Origin: an uncultured Candidatus Saccharibacteria bacterium
Lineage (GTDB): Bacteria; Patescibacteriota; Minisyncoccia; Sungbacterales; HO2-52-23
Direction of reading: 5' to 3'
DNA: 46,405 bases
Assembly (NCBI GenBank): GCA_964361015.1
Contig: CAYHZE010000002.1
Location: 1 to 46,405, forward strand
Shown here in pieces: positions 16,179 to 24,389 of the stretch. A model generated the notes under the pieces. That model was not told where the DNA came from. It worked only from the letters and a program-made list of their open reading frames with translations, and did no database searches. Position 1 is the first letter of the stretch. Every line of letters starts with the position of its first letter. A program made the position numbers and the translations under genes.

Positions 16179-17537
16179 TTACCGTGACCCGAATCTCCCT
16201 CTGCGACCCCTATAGCGAGATGGCCGATTGTCGTTGGGATGTTGGCGTTGTTCGGGCGCGCGAAAACTTTGATGCTGTTCCGGCACACGAGAATGATCGC
16301 GATGTTCCGGCATGCGTGAAGAACGTTGACCATATCCACGACCTGTGCCATATTCACGATGCTCATCGGAAAATCCTGAAACACGAACCACCGGAGGCAA
16401 ATCCGGAAGTTGTGATACAGGCAAAACTTTCTTGATGAGGCGTTCAATTGCCTGCACTTCCCTGCGTTCCATTGGCATTGCAAAGGTGATTGAGTGACCC
16501 TTTGCACCTGCCCGAGCGGTTCGTCCGATTCGGTGCACGTAATCATCCGAGGTCATTGGCAAATCAAAGTTAACCACCAATTCAATCCCCACCACGTCTA
16601 TTCCCCGCGATGCAATGTCAGTTGCCACAAGCACGCGATACTTCCCGGATTTAAATCCTTCAAGCGCTTCTCGGCGTTGAGGCAAAGAACGATTTGAATG
16701 AATTTCTGCCGCCTCTATGCCGCACCCTTGTATATATCTTTTCACTTTTGTTGCGCCATATTTTGTCCGTGTAAAAATAAGTGTGGGGCCAATATAGGTT
16801 TCCAATAATTTTTTCAAAAGCGCCGGCTTTTGTTCTTTTGTCACAACAAAAAGTTCTTGGGTTACTTGATCGGCTGTTGTTCCTGCCGGGGCAATTTCCA
16901 CTCGAATCGGGAGCTTCATATGGCCCGAAGCAAGCTTCATGATTTCCGCAGGCATAGTTGCCGAAAAAAGCATGGTTTGCCGTTCTTTGGGAAGTTCTTG
17001 AAAAATCTTTTGGATTTGGGGAAAAAATCCCATATCAAGCATGCGGTCCGCTTCATCGAGAACCACAATGCCAATTTTCCCGAGAGAAACATTTTTTTGG
17101 TTTATATGATCAATGAGCCGACCCGGTGTTGCAATAATAATATGCGGATTTCTTGAAAGCGCGCTGATTTGGGGACCAAGAGAAGTTCCCCCGACCAAGC
17201 ACGCGGTACGCAGTCCGATGGAGCGCCCGAATTTGCGGAGCGATTCTTCCACTTGAATCGCAAGTTCACGAGTAGGCACCACAACAAGGCCATACCCCCG
17301 GGTTTGTGTAATGCGCTGTATCATGGGAATACCGAATGCAAGGGTCTTGCCTGTTCCAGTTTGCGCAATGCCCACTATGTCTTTTCCTTGAACGGCAATG
17401 GGGATTGCCTGTTTCTGGATAGGAGTGGGTACAATAAATTTCTCACGTTCAAGAACGGAGAGAAGTGACGGCGCGATGCCAAGGCCATAAAAATTTTCCT
17501 GATCACTATGTTGATTATGATTCATGATATGAGGCAA
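16179..17537 (-). CDS. DEAD-box ATP-dependent RNA helicase with Arg/Gly-rich C-terminal tail
   Basis: Q-motif region, AQTGTGKT, DEAD, SAT and HRIGRTARAG. The codon at 17537 is TTG. The ATG at 17525 (MNHNQ...) is an alternative start. Confidence 0.95.
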   Translation of the reverse strand: MPHIMNHNQHSDQENFYGLGIAPSLLSVLEREKFIVPTPIQKQAIPIAVQGKDIVGIAQTGTGKTLAFGIPMIQRITQTRGYGLVVVPTRELAIQVEESLRKFGRSIGLRTACLVGGTSLGPQISALSRNPHIIIATPGRLIDHINQKNVSLGKIGIVVLDEADRMLDMGFFPQIQKIFQELPKERQTMLFSATMPAEIMKLASGHMKLPIRVEIAPAGTTADQVTQELFVVTKEQKPALLKKLLETYIGPTLIFTRTKYGATKVKRYIQGCGIEAAEIHSNRSLPQRREALEGFKSGKYRVLVATDIASRGIDVVGIELVVNFDLPMTSDDYVHRIGRTARAGAKGHSITFAMPMERREVQAIERLIKKVLPVSQLPDLPPVVRVSGFSDEHREYGTGRGYGQRSSRMPEHRDHSRVPEQHQSFRAPEQRQHPNDNRPSRYRGRRGRFGSR

Positions 17538-17748
17538 GCCAATCCATCACTCGTTTACGATGCCTGTCCATAGACCATTTCCGTCCATCCTTAAAAAGCA
17601 AAGGGTGCGCTTTGTAAAATTGTTCCAAATTCTCCAGAGATGCCTCGGGAAATCCTTTGGGGATATCCCTATTATAGGATGCCAAAAAAACCGAGGTACT
17701 CACGACAATTTTGCTTATTTCCTGCTCAATGTTCTTGCGCCTCTTCAT
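17515..17748 (-). CDS. Small hypothetical protein overlapping the helicase start
   Basis: ATG at 17748 (MKRRKNIEQE...); the ORF-track start at 17784 is TTG. Its stop at 17515 overlaps the helicase initiation region by about 11 nt. No family recognised. Confidence 0.45.
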   Translation of the reverse strand: MKRRKNIEQEISKIVVSTSVFLASYNRDIPKGFPEASLENLEQFYKAHPLLFKDGRKWSMDRHRKRVMDWLASYHES

Positions 17749-17806
17749 ACAGTCTATTCTACAATAAATAATTATAAAAATCAAGTCTTTTCTTAAGACC
17801 TATTGA

Positions 17807-18049
17807 CTACGCTATTAACATCAACTTCTCTCTTTTAGTGAGTTGCTTGAGCGCGTATTCTCGCTTGAGCGCGTTGCGTCTTGTTTTATGCGTTTCAACA
17901 TATCTCAAAACTACCGGCCTGCGGATTTTTGTATAGTGCGCTCCTGACTTATATGCATTATGCGCATGCAAGCGCCTTGATAAATTGTTTGTTGAGCCGA
18001 TGTAGAAGGTACCATCCGCGCATTCAAGAATATAGACGCAATACTTCAT
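17807..18049 (-). CDS. GIY-YIG nuclease-domain protein (short stand-alone type)
   Basis: YCVYILECADGTFYIGSTNNLSRRLHAHN, plus conserved R and E further on (REYALKQLTKREK). Confidence 0.85.
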   Translation of the reverse strand: MKYCVYILECADGTFYIGSTNNLSRRLHAHNAYKSGAHYTKIRRPVVLRYVETHKTRRNALKREYALKQLTKREKLMLIA

Positions 18050-18133
18050 ATAAAATTTACATCAACAAAATCCTTACGACCGTTTGAAAAATGTTAATTT
18101 ATTTTTTCTCCGACTATTCCTCATATATATACC

Positions 18134-19585
18134 TCACTTCTCCAAATCAAGTACGTCATCAATACGAATTTTTGCCACGAATTCCGGCACATGGCTTACG
18201 AGAATCATTGCTCCTTGATACATATTAAGCGCATCGGCAATGATCGGAATATGGCGAAAATTAATATGGTTTGTCGGCTCATCAAGAATAAGAAATCCCG
18301 GCTTTTGCAATACAAGACGCGCAAATGCCGTAAGGCCTTTTTGTCCTTCCGAGAGGTTGCCGATTTTTGTATGAATCATATCTCCGGTAATCAAAAAACC
18401 CGCAGCCACCGAACGCATGTCTTCTTCAATCCGGCGATCCATGACTGCCATCAATGCATCGTGAACCGTATCGTTAAAATCAAGCATGGAAAAATCCTGG
18501 CGGTAGTAGCCTACTTTTGCATCCGGAGCAATACGCGCGCCCTTGGCAGTACCCGTAACTATTGATTCAAGCAATGTGGATTTGCCGATGCCATTCGCGC
18601 CTGACAAAAGCAAATGCCGATTTCGCTTTAACACAATATCTGCTTTATGCATGATCGGCTTATGATTTCTCACTGTGGCGTACGAAGTGATGTGCGCAAT
18701 CTCGCCAATTAAATCCGGCTGATGGGGAATGATAAATGGACGAATGGTTTTATCTTCCTTGCGCACCGCGACTTTTTCTTTCTCAAGTTCCTCGGCTTTT
18801 TCACGCATACGTTTAGCTACCATACGCATCTGCCCGCCCTTATGCGCGAACACATTTGCTTTGTCTTTGTTTGCCTGTATCTCTTTAGCAAGCTGGGCAT
18901 TTTTGCGATTTTCTTTTTCAATGCGAATTGTAATTTCTTTCACTACGTCAAAATAATTTCCCACATATTGCTCGAGCTTATGCGTAAATACATCAAGATA
19001 CAAAACGCCCATGCTAAACGCATTCAAAAAATTAGCATCATGGGAAATGACGATACAGGTTTTTTTATAGTCTATCAAAAATTTTGTGAGGTGCTCAATC
19101 CCGGCTTTATCAAGATTGTTCGTGGGCTCGTCAAGCAGTAAAAGATCCGGTTCCTGAATAAGGGCTGATGCAAGAAGCAACCGTGCCTGCTGTCCGCCGG
19201 AAAATGATTTAATAATCCGATCATGTGGCGCGCGCAAATTGACGACTTCAAGCGCCACATCAATTTTCGGATCAATATCATAAATTTTCGTGCGAAAACA
19301 TTTCTCAAAAAATTCACGAACAGTGAGACTCATTTGATCGCGCTCAATGACTTGCCGCGCAGTGGCAATGGTAAAATCAAGGGGTATATTGATCACCCCG
19401 CCATCCGCTTTGAGCGCGCCGGTGATAAGTTGAAAAAGCGTAGTCTTGCCTGCGCCATTTTGTCCCATAATGGTAATTTTTGATCCGCGCCGTATGACAA
19501 AACTCCCCTCCCGAAGAATTGGTTTGTTCGGGCCGAATTCAAATGACACCTTATCAAATCTGACTATAGTTTCATCTCGAGACAT
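18134..19585 (-). CDS. ABC-F family ATPase (two ABC domains, no TM domain)
   Basis: Two Walker A sites (GQNGAGKTT and GANGIGKST), two signature motifs (FSGGQQARL and LSEGQKGLT) and an inter-domain charged linker. The ATG at 19585 (MSRDETIVRFDKVSF) is preferred over the TTG at 19669. Confidence 0.9.
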   Translation of the reverse strand: MSRDETIVRFDKVSFEFGPNKPILREGSFVIRRGSKITIMGQNGAGKTTLFQLITGALKADGGVINIPLDFTIATARQVIERDQMSLTVREFFEKCFRTKIYDIDPKIDVALEVVNLRAPHDRIIKSFSGGQQARLLLASALIQEPDLLLLDEPTNNLDKAGIEHLTKFLIDYKKTCIVISHDANFLNAFSMGVLYLDVFTHKLEQYVGNYFDVVKEITIRIEKENRKNAQLAKEIQANKDKANVFAHKGGQMRMVAKRMREKAEELEKEKVAVRKEDKTIRPFIIPHQPDLIGEIAHITSYATVRNHKPIMHKADIVLKRNRHLLLSGANGIGKSTLLESIVTGTAKGARIAPDAKVGYYRQDFSMLDFNDTVHDALMAVMDRRIEEDMRSVAAGFLITGDMIHTKIGNLSEGQKGLTAFARLVLQKPGFLILDEPTNHINFRHIPIIADALNMYQGAMILVSHVPEFVAKIRIDDVLDLEK

Positions 19586-19686
19586 GCGGTACAGCGTACC
19601 ACATTTTTTGAGAAGCGACAAGGAAAAAATAAGAGGAACTATATAAATTATATCCAACGCCACTCTCAAAAAAACTCAACTCAACG

Positions 19687-19746
19687 ATATCTCCCATTGC
19701 CTACAAAAACATACGATCGTATGTTTTTGTAGGCAATGGGAGATAT
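19687..19746. repeat. Perfect 60-bp palindrome centred on CGATCG (possible terminator of the upstream small membrane-protein gene)
   Basis: ATATCTCCCATTGCCTACAAAAACATACGA (19687-19716) is the exact reverse complement of 19717-19746. On the minus strand a T7 run follows about 15 nt later. Confidence 0.85.
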
Positions 19747-19805
19747 TCATTCGGGCTCAAAAAACCGGGGATGACTTCGTATATATATAGTTCCTATAAT
19801 AATGA

Positions 19806-20084
19806 CTATCTATCTCCGTAAATCCTTTTCCACCAGTATCTCCCCTGCAAGTAGCCGCATATCGCGCCAACGATAAATAAAATAACACTTGTGACATTAT
19901 GAATCGCAACCCACTGCGCCCAAGTAAATCCCAGACTATATTTTGAAAAATTACTGACTAATAACCCGATATACCAAATCTCAATTCCCGCATGTACAAG
20001 GAACTGAAGAAAAACTCCAAGAACCGTAAATGCGGTGATGTAGATATATTTCATAATGTTTTTTATATTTACTAAACTTAGCAT
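19806..20084 (-). CDS. Small integral membrane protein (3 TM), hypothetical
   Basis: Three hydrophobic segments. Directly downstream of the Nudix gene. An alternative ATG at 20054 exists. Confidence 0.55.
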   Translation of the reverse strand: MLSLVNIKNIMKYIYITAFTVLGVFLQFLVHAGIEIWYIGLLVSNFSKYSLGFTWAQWVAIHNVTSVILFIVGAICGYLQGRYWWKRIYGDR

Positions 20085-20093
20085 ATAAATATA

Positions 20094-20561
20094 TCACTTT
20101 CCCCTCTTAAGCGCTTCTTTTGTATAAAATTTAATGTCAGGCAAAATAGCAAAATAGGAATTTTCCAAATCCGCTTCGGTAAACCATCGGATTTGTTCGT
20201 GTTCGTTAGGAGCAAGCCGGATCTCATCTGACATGGCTTTTGCGAAATAGACAAGTCCGATATGCCGATGGGTTGGACTGATATCATGGATATCAAGGTA
20301 CGAGGGAGTATAAAGAAGTTTTTTCCCTTCAAATTGCACATTCGGTTTTTCTGCCAAAACTTCTATCTTAAGCCCGCTTTCCTCTTTGATCTCGCGCAAG
20401 AGCGCCTCTTCAGGATCTTCGTCAAGTTCAATATGTCCGCCCAATGGCAACCATTTTTGCAGTTGTTTATGGAATATCAAAAGCACGCGGTTATTATGAA
20501 CCACAAACGCTTCTACGGTGAAATCAATCTTTTCGTTGATGTGAGGCATCACTAATAGCAT
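20094..20561 (-). CDS. Nudix hydrolase
   Basis: Nudix box GGHIELDEDPEEALLREIKEESGL. Confidence 0.85.
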   Translation of the reverse strand: MLLVMPHINEKIDFTVEAFVVHNNRVLLIFHKQLQKWLPLGGHIELDEDPEEALLREIKEESGLKIEVLAEKPNVQFEGKKLLYTPSYLDIHDISPTHRHIGLVYFAKAMSDEIRLAPNEHEQIRWFTEADLENSYFAILPDIKFYTKEALKRGK

Positions 20562-20586
20562 AACAAATTTTCAAAAATAAGGGCAA

Positions 20587-20637
20587 TATAAAAATCCTGC
20601 ACGAAATAAAGCATGAAGCTTTCCTTTGTGCAGGATT
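20587..20637 (-). terminator. Terminator-like hairpin after the 118-aa ORF
   Basis: AATCCTGCAC (20593-20602) / GTGCAGGATT (20628-20637) with a 25-nt loop. On the minus strand it is followed by TTTTATATT. Confidence 0.5.
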
Positions 20638-20704
20638 CAAATCATATATCTATCCGCCAAGATTAAAGGATCCCATGAATCTCACTCTTGATTCTCGGTT
20701 ATAT

Positions 20705-21061
20705 CTAAATGGAATAATGGGTATCATCTACTCTATCCACCTTGTGCATGTCTACCCATGAATCGCCTTGTCGTTTAAAGCCAAGCAACGGCAACATAAT
20801 TACCCGCCAATCTTCAACGCCAGCCTCGACATTAGCAATCTCCAAATTCGCTTCCGCTAAATCATCAAGGTGATCATAATAGACCTCAAACGACTGATCG
20901 CAACATCCGCACTTAATCTTAAAGCGTGGCATTCTTTTCTTGTGAGCCACCCGATGAGTTACCCGAGGCGCCATATAATAACCCCTTGTTATGAGATTCA
21001 TTTTTCGATTGAGTGGAACAGGAGGAATTTTTATGGTATCCACTATCTCGTCTTCTTTCAA
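20705..21061 (-). CDS. Hypothetical protein (start uncertain)
   Basis: ORF of 118 aa starting at TTG; an internal ATG at 21001 exists. Contains a CGCC motif. No family recognised. Confidence 0.45.
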   Translation of the reverse strand: MKEDEIVDTIKIPPVPLNRKMNLITRGYYMAPRVTHRVAHKKRMPRFKIKCGCCDQSFEVYYDHLDDLAEANLEIANVEAGVEDWRVIMLPLLGFKRQGDSWVDMHKVDRVDDTHYSI

Positions 21062-21130
21062 AGAAATTTATCTTTAATACATGTCCTGATATTGAACTAA
21101 AAGAAAAATAGTATTGATATAGCTATTTTG

Positions 21131-22126
21131 TCAAATCATGCTTACATATTTTTCAGTCACGCCCTCTTTCTCCTTGATCAATTTTTTCAAAACTTTTTTT
21201 ACTTTCTCTATACTGTCAAAATCATAAATAGAAAACGCGCCAACAGAAGGATTGATTTTTTTTAATGCGGTTATCTTTTTTTTAAGTTTAGATGGTGAAA
21301 TCATGTCACTCTTGCTTAAAAAAATATATTCTTTTTTCTTAAAAAGCTCTTTGTTGTGCGCTCCCAATTCTTTGCGGATGGACCGATAATCTTTGAGCGG
21401 CGTCTCTGACTCCGCGGAAATGATATGAAAAAGAATATGGGTGCGCTCAATATGTCGGAGAAATTTTGTGCCAAGGCCTTTGCCGCCCGAAGCTCCTTCT
21501 ATAAGCCCGGGGATGTCGGCAAGAATGAGATCGAAATATACGCCCAAATTCGGCTCAAGCGTGGTAAATAAATAATTTGCTACTTTGCTCTTTGCATTGG
21601 TAAGCTCGTTTAACAAACTTGATTTTCCCACATTGGGCAAACCAATAAACCCGACATCCGCAATCAGTTTTAATTCCAAACGAACGGCAAAGCTCTCGCC
21701 CGGCTCTCCCTGCTCAAACTGCCTCGGACTCCTATTGGTGGAAGATCGAAAATGAAAATTTCCCCTGCCGCCTTTTCCACCCTTTGCAACAAGTATACGC
21801 TCGCCCTTGTGCACAACTTCCTGATCAACGCCACGCGTAAGATTATGAATAACTGTTCCTACGGGCACAGGTAATATCAAGTCATCGGCGGTGGCGCCAT
21901 CGCGGAATTGCCCTCGGCCATTTTTACCGTTTTGCGCGGAAAATTCTTTTTTGAAAGAATACGCGCTCAAAAGATTAAAATTCGTTGAGCCTTCAAAATA
22001 AAGACTGCCTCCATTGCCCCCGGATCCTCCGACCGGACCGAATTGATGGAGATTCTTATTAAACGAAACAGCCCCTCTCCCGCCATTTCCTCCCAACACT
22101 CTTATAGTAATGTCATCTATAAACAT
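21131..22126 (-). CDS. obg: GTPase Obg/CgtA
   Basis: Obg fold N-terminus MFIDDITIRVLGGNGGRGAVSF with Gly-rich repeats. G domain motifs GLPNVGKSSLL, DIPGLIEGA and SKSD. The ATG at 22126 is preferred over the TTG at 22135. Confidence 0.95.
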   Translation of the reverse strand: MFIDDITIRVLGGNGGRGAVSFNKNLHQFGPVGGSGGNGGSLYFEGSTNFNLLSAYSFKKEFSAQNGKNGRGQFRDGATADDLILPVPVGTVIHNLTRGVDQEVVHKGERILVAKGGKGGRGNFHFRSSTNRSPRQFEQGEPGESFAVRLELKLIADVGFIGLPNVGKSSLLNELTNAKSKVANYLFTTLEPNLGVYFDLILADIPGLIEGASGGKGLGTKFLRHIERTHILFHIISAESETPLKDYRSIRKELGAHNKELFKKKEYIFLSKSDMISPSKLKKKITALKKINPSVGAFSIYDFDSIEKVKKVLKKLIKEKEGVTEKYVSMI

Positions 22127-22136
22127 ATAATTCAAT

Positions 22137-22412
22137 TTACTTCTCCTTTATATCTCTGATAGATATGATCTGAAAACCATACGTATCTATCTCCTCTTGC
22201 GACCAAAGAGTCACATCTTTTGTCTTGAGAACATACCCAACCTCTTTCTCAACTTCCCTTCCGGTGTATTGTTTCGTATTCGGGTCCCATTCACGCAACA
22301 AAAGACTATCGCCCTGGTTGCATGTCCAATCAGCAAGGCGAAGCTCAAAGGTCTTATCACCCGATGTAATTTTCTCAAAATATATCGGCCAAATTTTCTT
22401 CTCGATTTTCAT
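22137..22412 (-). CDS. ASCH/DUF3850-like small RNA-binding-fold protein
   Basis: KIWPIYFEKITSGDKTFELRLADW...GDSLLLREW resembles the DUF3850/ASCH signature. Lies directly upstream of obg. Confidence 0.65.
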   Translation of the reverse strand: MKIEKKIWPIYFEKITSGDKTFELRLADWTCNQGDSLLLREWDPNTKQYTGREVEKEVGYVLKTKDVTLWSQEEIDTYGFQIISIRDIKEK

Positions 22413-22431
22413 AGTAGCATCAGATGGTCAC

Positions 22432-22458
22432 AAAAAACGCCACAGGATATCCAGTGGC
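22432..22458 (-). terminator. Rho-independent terminator after the 70-aa ORF
   Basis: GCCAC (22439-22443) / GTGGC (22454-22458) stem. On the minus strand it is followed by GTTTTTTGTG. Confidence 0.5.
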
Positions 22459-22493
22459 ATTAAAAAAGAAAGGTCGTGATACGGGTGAAATAC

Positions 22494-22706
22494 TTAGTCT
22501 TTCTCTACCAGATGATTCGGGACAACATACCATACTTTATCACTAGCAATTTTTTTCCGAAATGCACGATATTTCGCGTTGGTGTTGTCTTCGGTAACCA
22601 CGGCTCGAAAAGACTTTCGGAGTTCTGACTCCAAATTTTCCAATATTACTCCTAAATTAATCTTTGCCATTAGATAAAGTATAGCACGTCTTTCCTTGCG
22701 AGACAA
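22494..22706 (-). CDS. Small hypothetical protein
   Basis: ORF starts at TTG; the ATG at 22670 (MAKINLGVILENL) is the alternative. Followed by a terminator. No family recognised. Confidence 0.4.
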   Translation of the reverse strand: MSRKERRAILYLMAKINLGVILENLESELRKSFRAVVTEDNTNAKYRAFRKKIASDKVWYVVPNHLVEKD

Positions 22707-22714
22707 GCACTCCT

Positions 22715-23971
22715 TTAAAAATCTTTCTTATGTGTTTCTCCTAAACCTAAAACAAAAGATGGACGACGAAAACGCATCTTTCCAAGCCCTGCGGCAACCA
22801 ATGCCGCAAAACCGCCGACTGCCAGTCCCCAGCGCGGGCCGGCGTACTCTCCGATCCAGCCGATGATGGGACCGCCAATTGGCGTGGAGCCAAGAAAAGC
22901 AACGGTCCAGAGCGCCATGACCCGGCCGCGCATTTCCGGCGTACTCTCGAGTTGGAGCATTACATTTCCCAATGTAACAACATTAATAGAAAAAGCGCCC
23001 ACAAGAACCATGGCGATAAGGGCTACGGTAAAATTAGGAGCAATTGCGACTAAAAGCATGGACATGCCAAACAAAAGCATAGCGCGCACCAGTATTTCTG
23101 GAGATCTTTTTTTACGACTGGCAGTAAATAAACTAGCGATTATCGAACCCAATCCCATGGCTGATGTAAGTGCCGCGTATGTACGCGCATCCCCATAAAA
23201 GGTAAATCGGGCAAACAGCGGCAGAATAACATTAAATTCGTATGAAAGAGTACCAATGATTGCCATCATGATAAGCGTATCACGCAGTAACGGATTAGAT
23301 GCTACATACCGAAATCCCTCACGCAATTGTCCTTTTGTACGAGGTACGGGCACAATCGGATGCAAGTCGTCCGTCCGCATTATGAAAAGTGCGGCCAAAA
23401 CCGCAATATACGAAACGGCATTGATTGCAAAACACCACGCAAGACCGACCGTTGCGATCAAGATGCCCGCAATTGCCGGTCCGATCACACGTGCCACATT
23501 GACTTGCGTTGAATTCAGCGCGATCGCATTGCCGAGTTGTTCTTTCTCCACCATTTCAACAACAAATGTCTGACGAGTTGGATTATCAACGGCGTTGACA
23601 AGGCCAAACATAAACGCAAGCACATTTACCATCCATAGCTGAACCGTATCGGTCGCTACAAGGATACCAAGAATCAATGCCAAAAGACCAAAAACTGATT
23701 GTGTAACAAAAAGGATTTTGCGTTTGGAGAAGCGATCGGCTATCACGCCGCCCAATGGGCCCAATAACAATACGGGCAAATGCTGAAGTGCGGTCACAAG
23801 ACCAAGCGCCGTACCCGATCCCGTAATTTTAAGTACCAGCCATGACTGTGCGATCGTCTGCATCCATGTGCCGCATAGCGAAATCGCCTGACCCGTGAAA
23901 TACAGCCGGTAGTTCCATATTTTGAGCGAAGAAAACGTTGAATGTCCCAATTGTTTGATTGCGTTGATCAT
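22715..23971 (-). CDS. MFS transporter (EntS/MFS_3-like, 12 TM)
   Basis: About 12 hydrophobic segments and a GGVIADRFSKRKIL loop 2-3 motif typical of the MFS. Confidence 0.85.
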   Translation of the reverse strand: MINAIKQLGHSTFSSLKIWNYRLYFTGQAISLCGTWMQTIAQSWLVLKITGSGTALGLVTALQHLPVLLLGPLGGVIADRFSKRKILFVTQSVFGLLALILGILVATDTVQLWMVNVLAFMFGLVNAVDNPTRQTFVVEMVEKEQLGNAIALNSTQVNVARVIGPAIAGILIATVGLAWCFAINAVSYIAVLAALFIMRTDDLHPIVPVPRTKGQLREGFRYVASNPLLRDTLIMMAIIGTLSYEFNVILPLFARFTFYGDARTYAALTSAMGLGSIIASLFTASRKKRSPEILVRAMLLFGMSMLLVAIAPNFTVALIAMVLVGAFSINVVTLGNVMLQLESTPEMRGRVMALWTVAFLGSTPIGGPIIGWIGEYAGPRWGLAVGGFAALVAAGLGKMRFRRPSFVLGLGETHKKDF

Positions 23972-23987
23972 GTATGCGCAAAATTCT

Positions 23988-24034
23988 TTTCAAAAATGGA
24001 AACATCTGCGCGACATAATTCGTGCAGATGTTTC
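23988..24034 (-). terminator. Terminator-like hairpin immediately upstream of the MFS start codon
   Basis: GAAACATCTGC (23999-24009) / GCAGATGTTTC (24024-24034). On the minus strand it is followed by CATTTTTGAAAA, only about 17 nt before the ATG at 23971. Confidence 0.45.
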
Positions 24035-24049
24035 TCCATATAGATATAT

Positions 24050-24173
24050 TAAGACTGTCGAAAAATAGTTATAAGGCTTAAGCTTGTCGAAGCCATACCT
24101 TATGCGCATAGACCATGAGAGGGAGCCCTTCGACAAACTTATGGATCATTTTTATAATTCCTCTACAGTCTCA
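24050..24173. repeat. Fold-back element with the common termini and GTCGAAGG-type (family D) cargo
   Basis: TAAGACTGTCGAAAAATAG at the left and CTCTACAGTCTCA (24161-24173) at the right. Inner pair CTTGTCGAAG / CTTCGACAAAC. Confidence 0.8.
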
Positions 24174-24215
24174 TATTATACCATATCTATAACAGTTTGA
24201 GCAAGACTACTACAC

Positions 24216-24362
24216 GTAACCCCTCACACCTCCCACTTTTCCCTTTATCTTCAGTCTTTTTTGTCATTCCCAGCATATGCGGGAATCCAGACCCTCCTTT
24301 TTGTTTGTGAAGAAAATCTGGATTCCTGCTTTTGCGGGAATAACAGACGTGTGAGGGATTAC
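24216..24362. repeat. Fold-back composite of two family A hairpins bounded by GTAACCCCTCACAC / GTGTGAGGGATTAC
   Basis: Outer inverted repeat is 13/14 complementary. Hairpins CATTCCC..GGGAATC (24265-24287) and ATTCCTGC/tttt/GCGGGAAT (24322-24341). CCAGACCCTCCT matches the reverse complement of 19-30. Confidence 0.85.
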
Positions 24363-24389
24363 TACATACACTGCAATGCGCATGCAATA

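Noticed and set aside
17520-17537. Identical predicted N-termini MPHIMN in the helicase (17537) and the TPR protein (38221)
   Set aside because: The helicase codon is TTG, and both genes have an ATG four codons later (MN...). The similarity covers only 18 nt (14/18) and probably lies in the leader rather than in the protein. I treat it as coincidence or local initiation context.
17807-19585. GIY-YIG nuclease plus ABC ATPase as a defence-system candidate
   Set aside because: The 80-aa GIY-YIG protein matches the common stand-alone housekeeping type. The ATPase is a canonical ABC-F translation factor (two ABC domains with a charged linker). No other defence-associated domains lie nearby.
24187-24387. 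66-aa minus-strand ORF (MHAHCSVCSNPSHVCYSRKSRNPDF...)
   Set aside because: It lies entirely within the family A/C fold-back repeats. The peptide is the typical artefactual translation of the GGAATCC/GCGGGAAT hairpins, and there is no SD.
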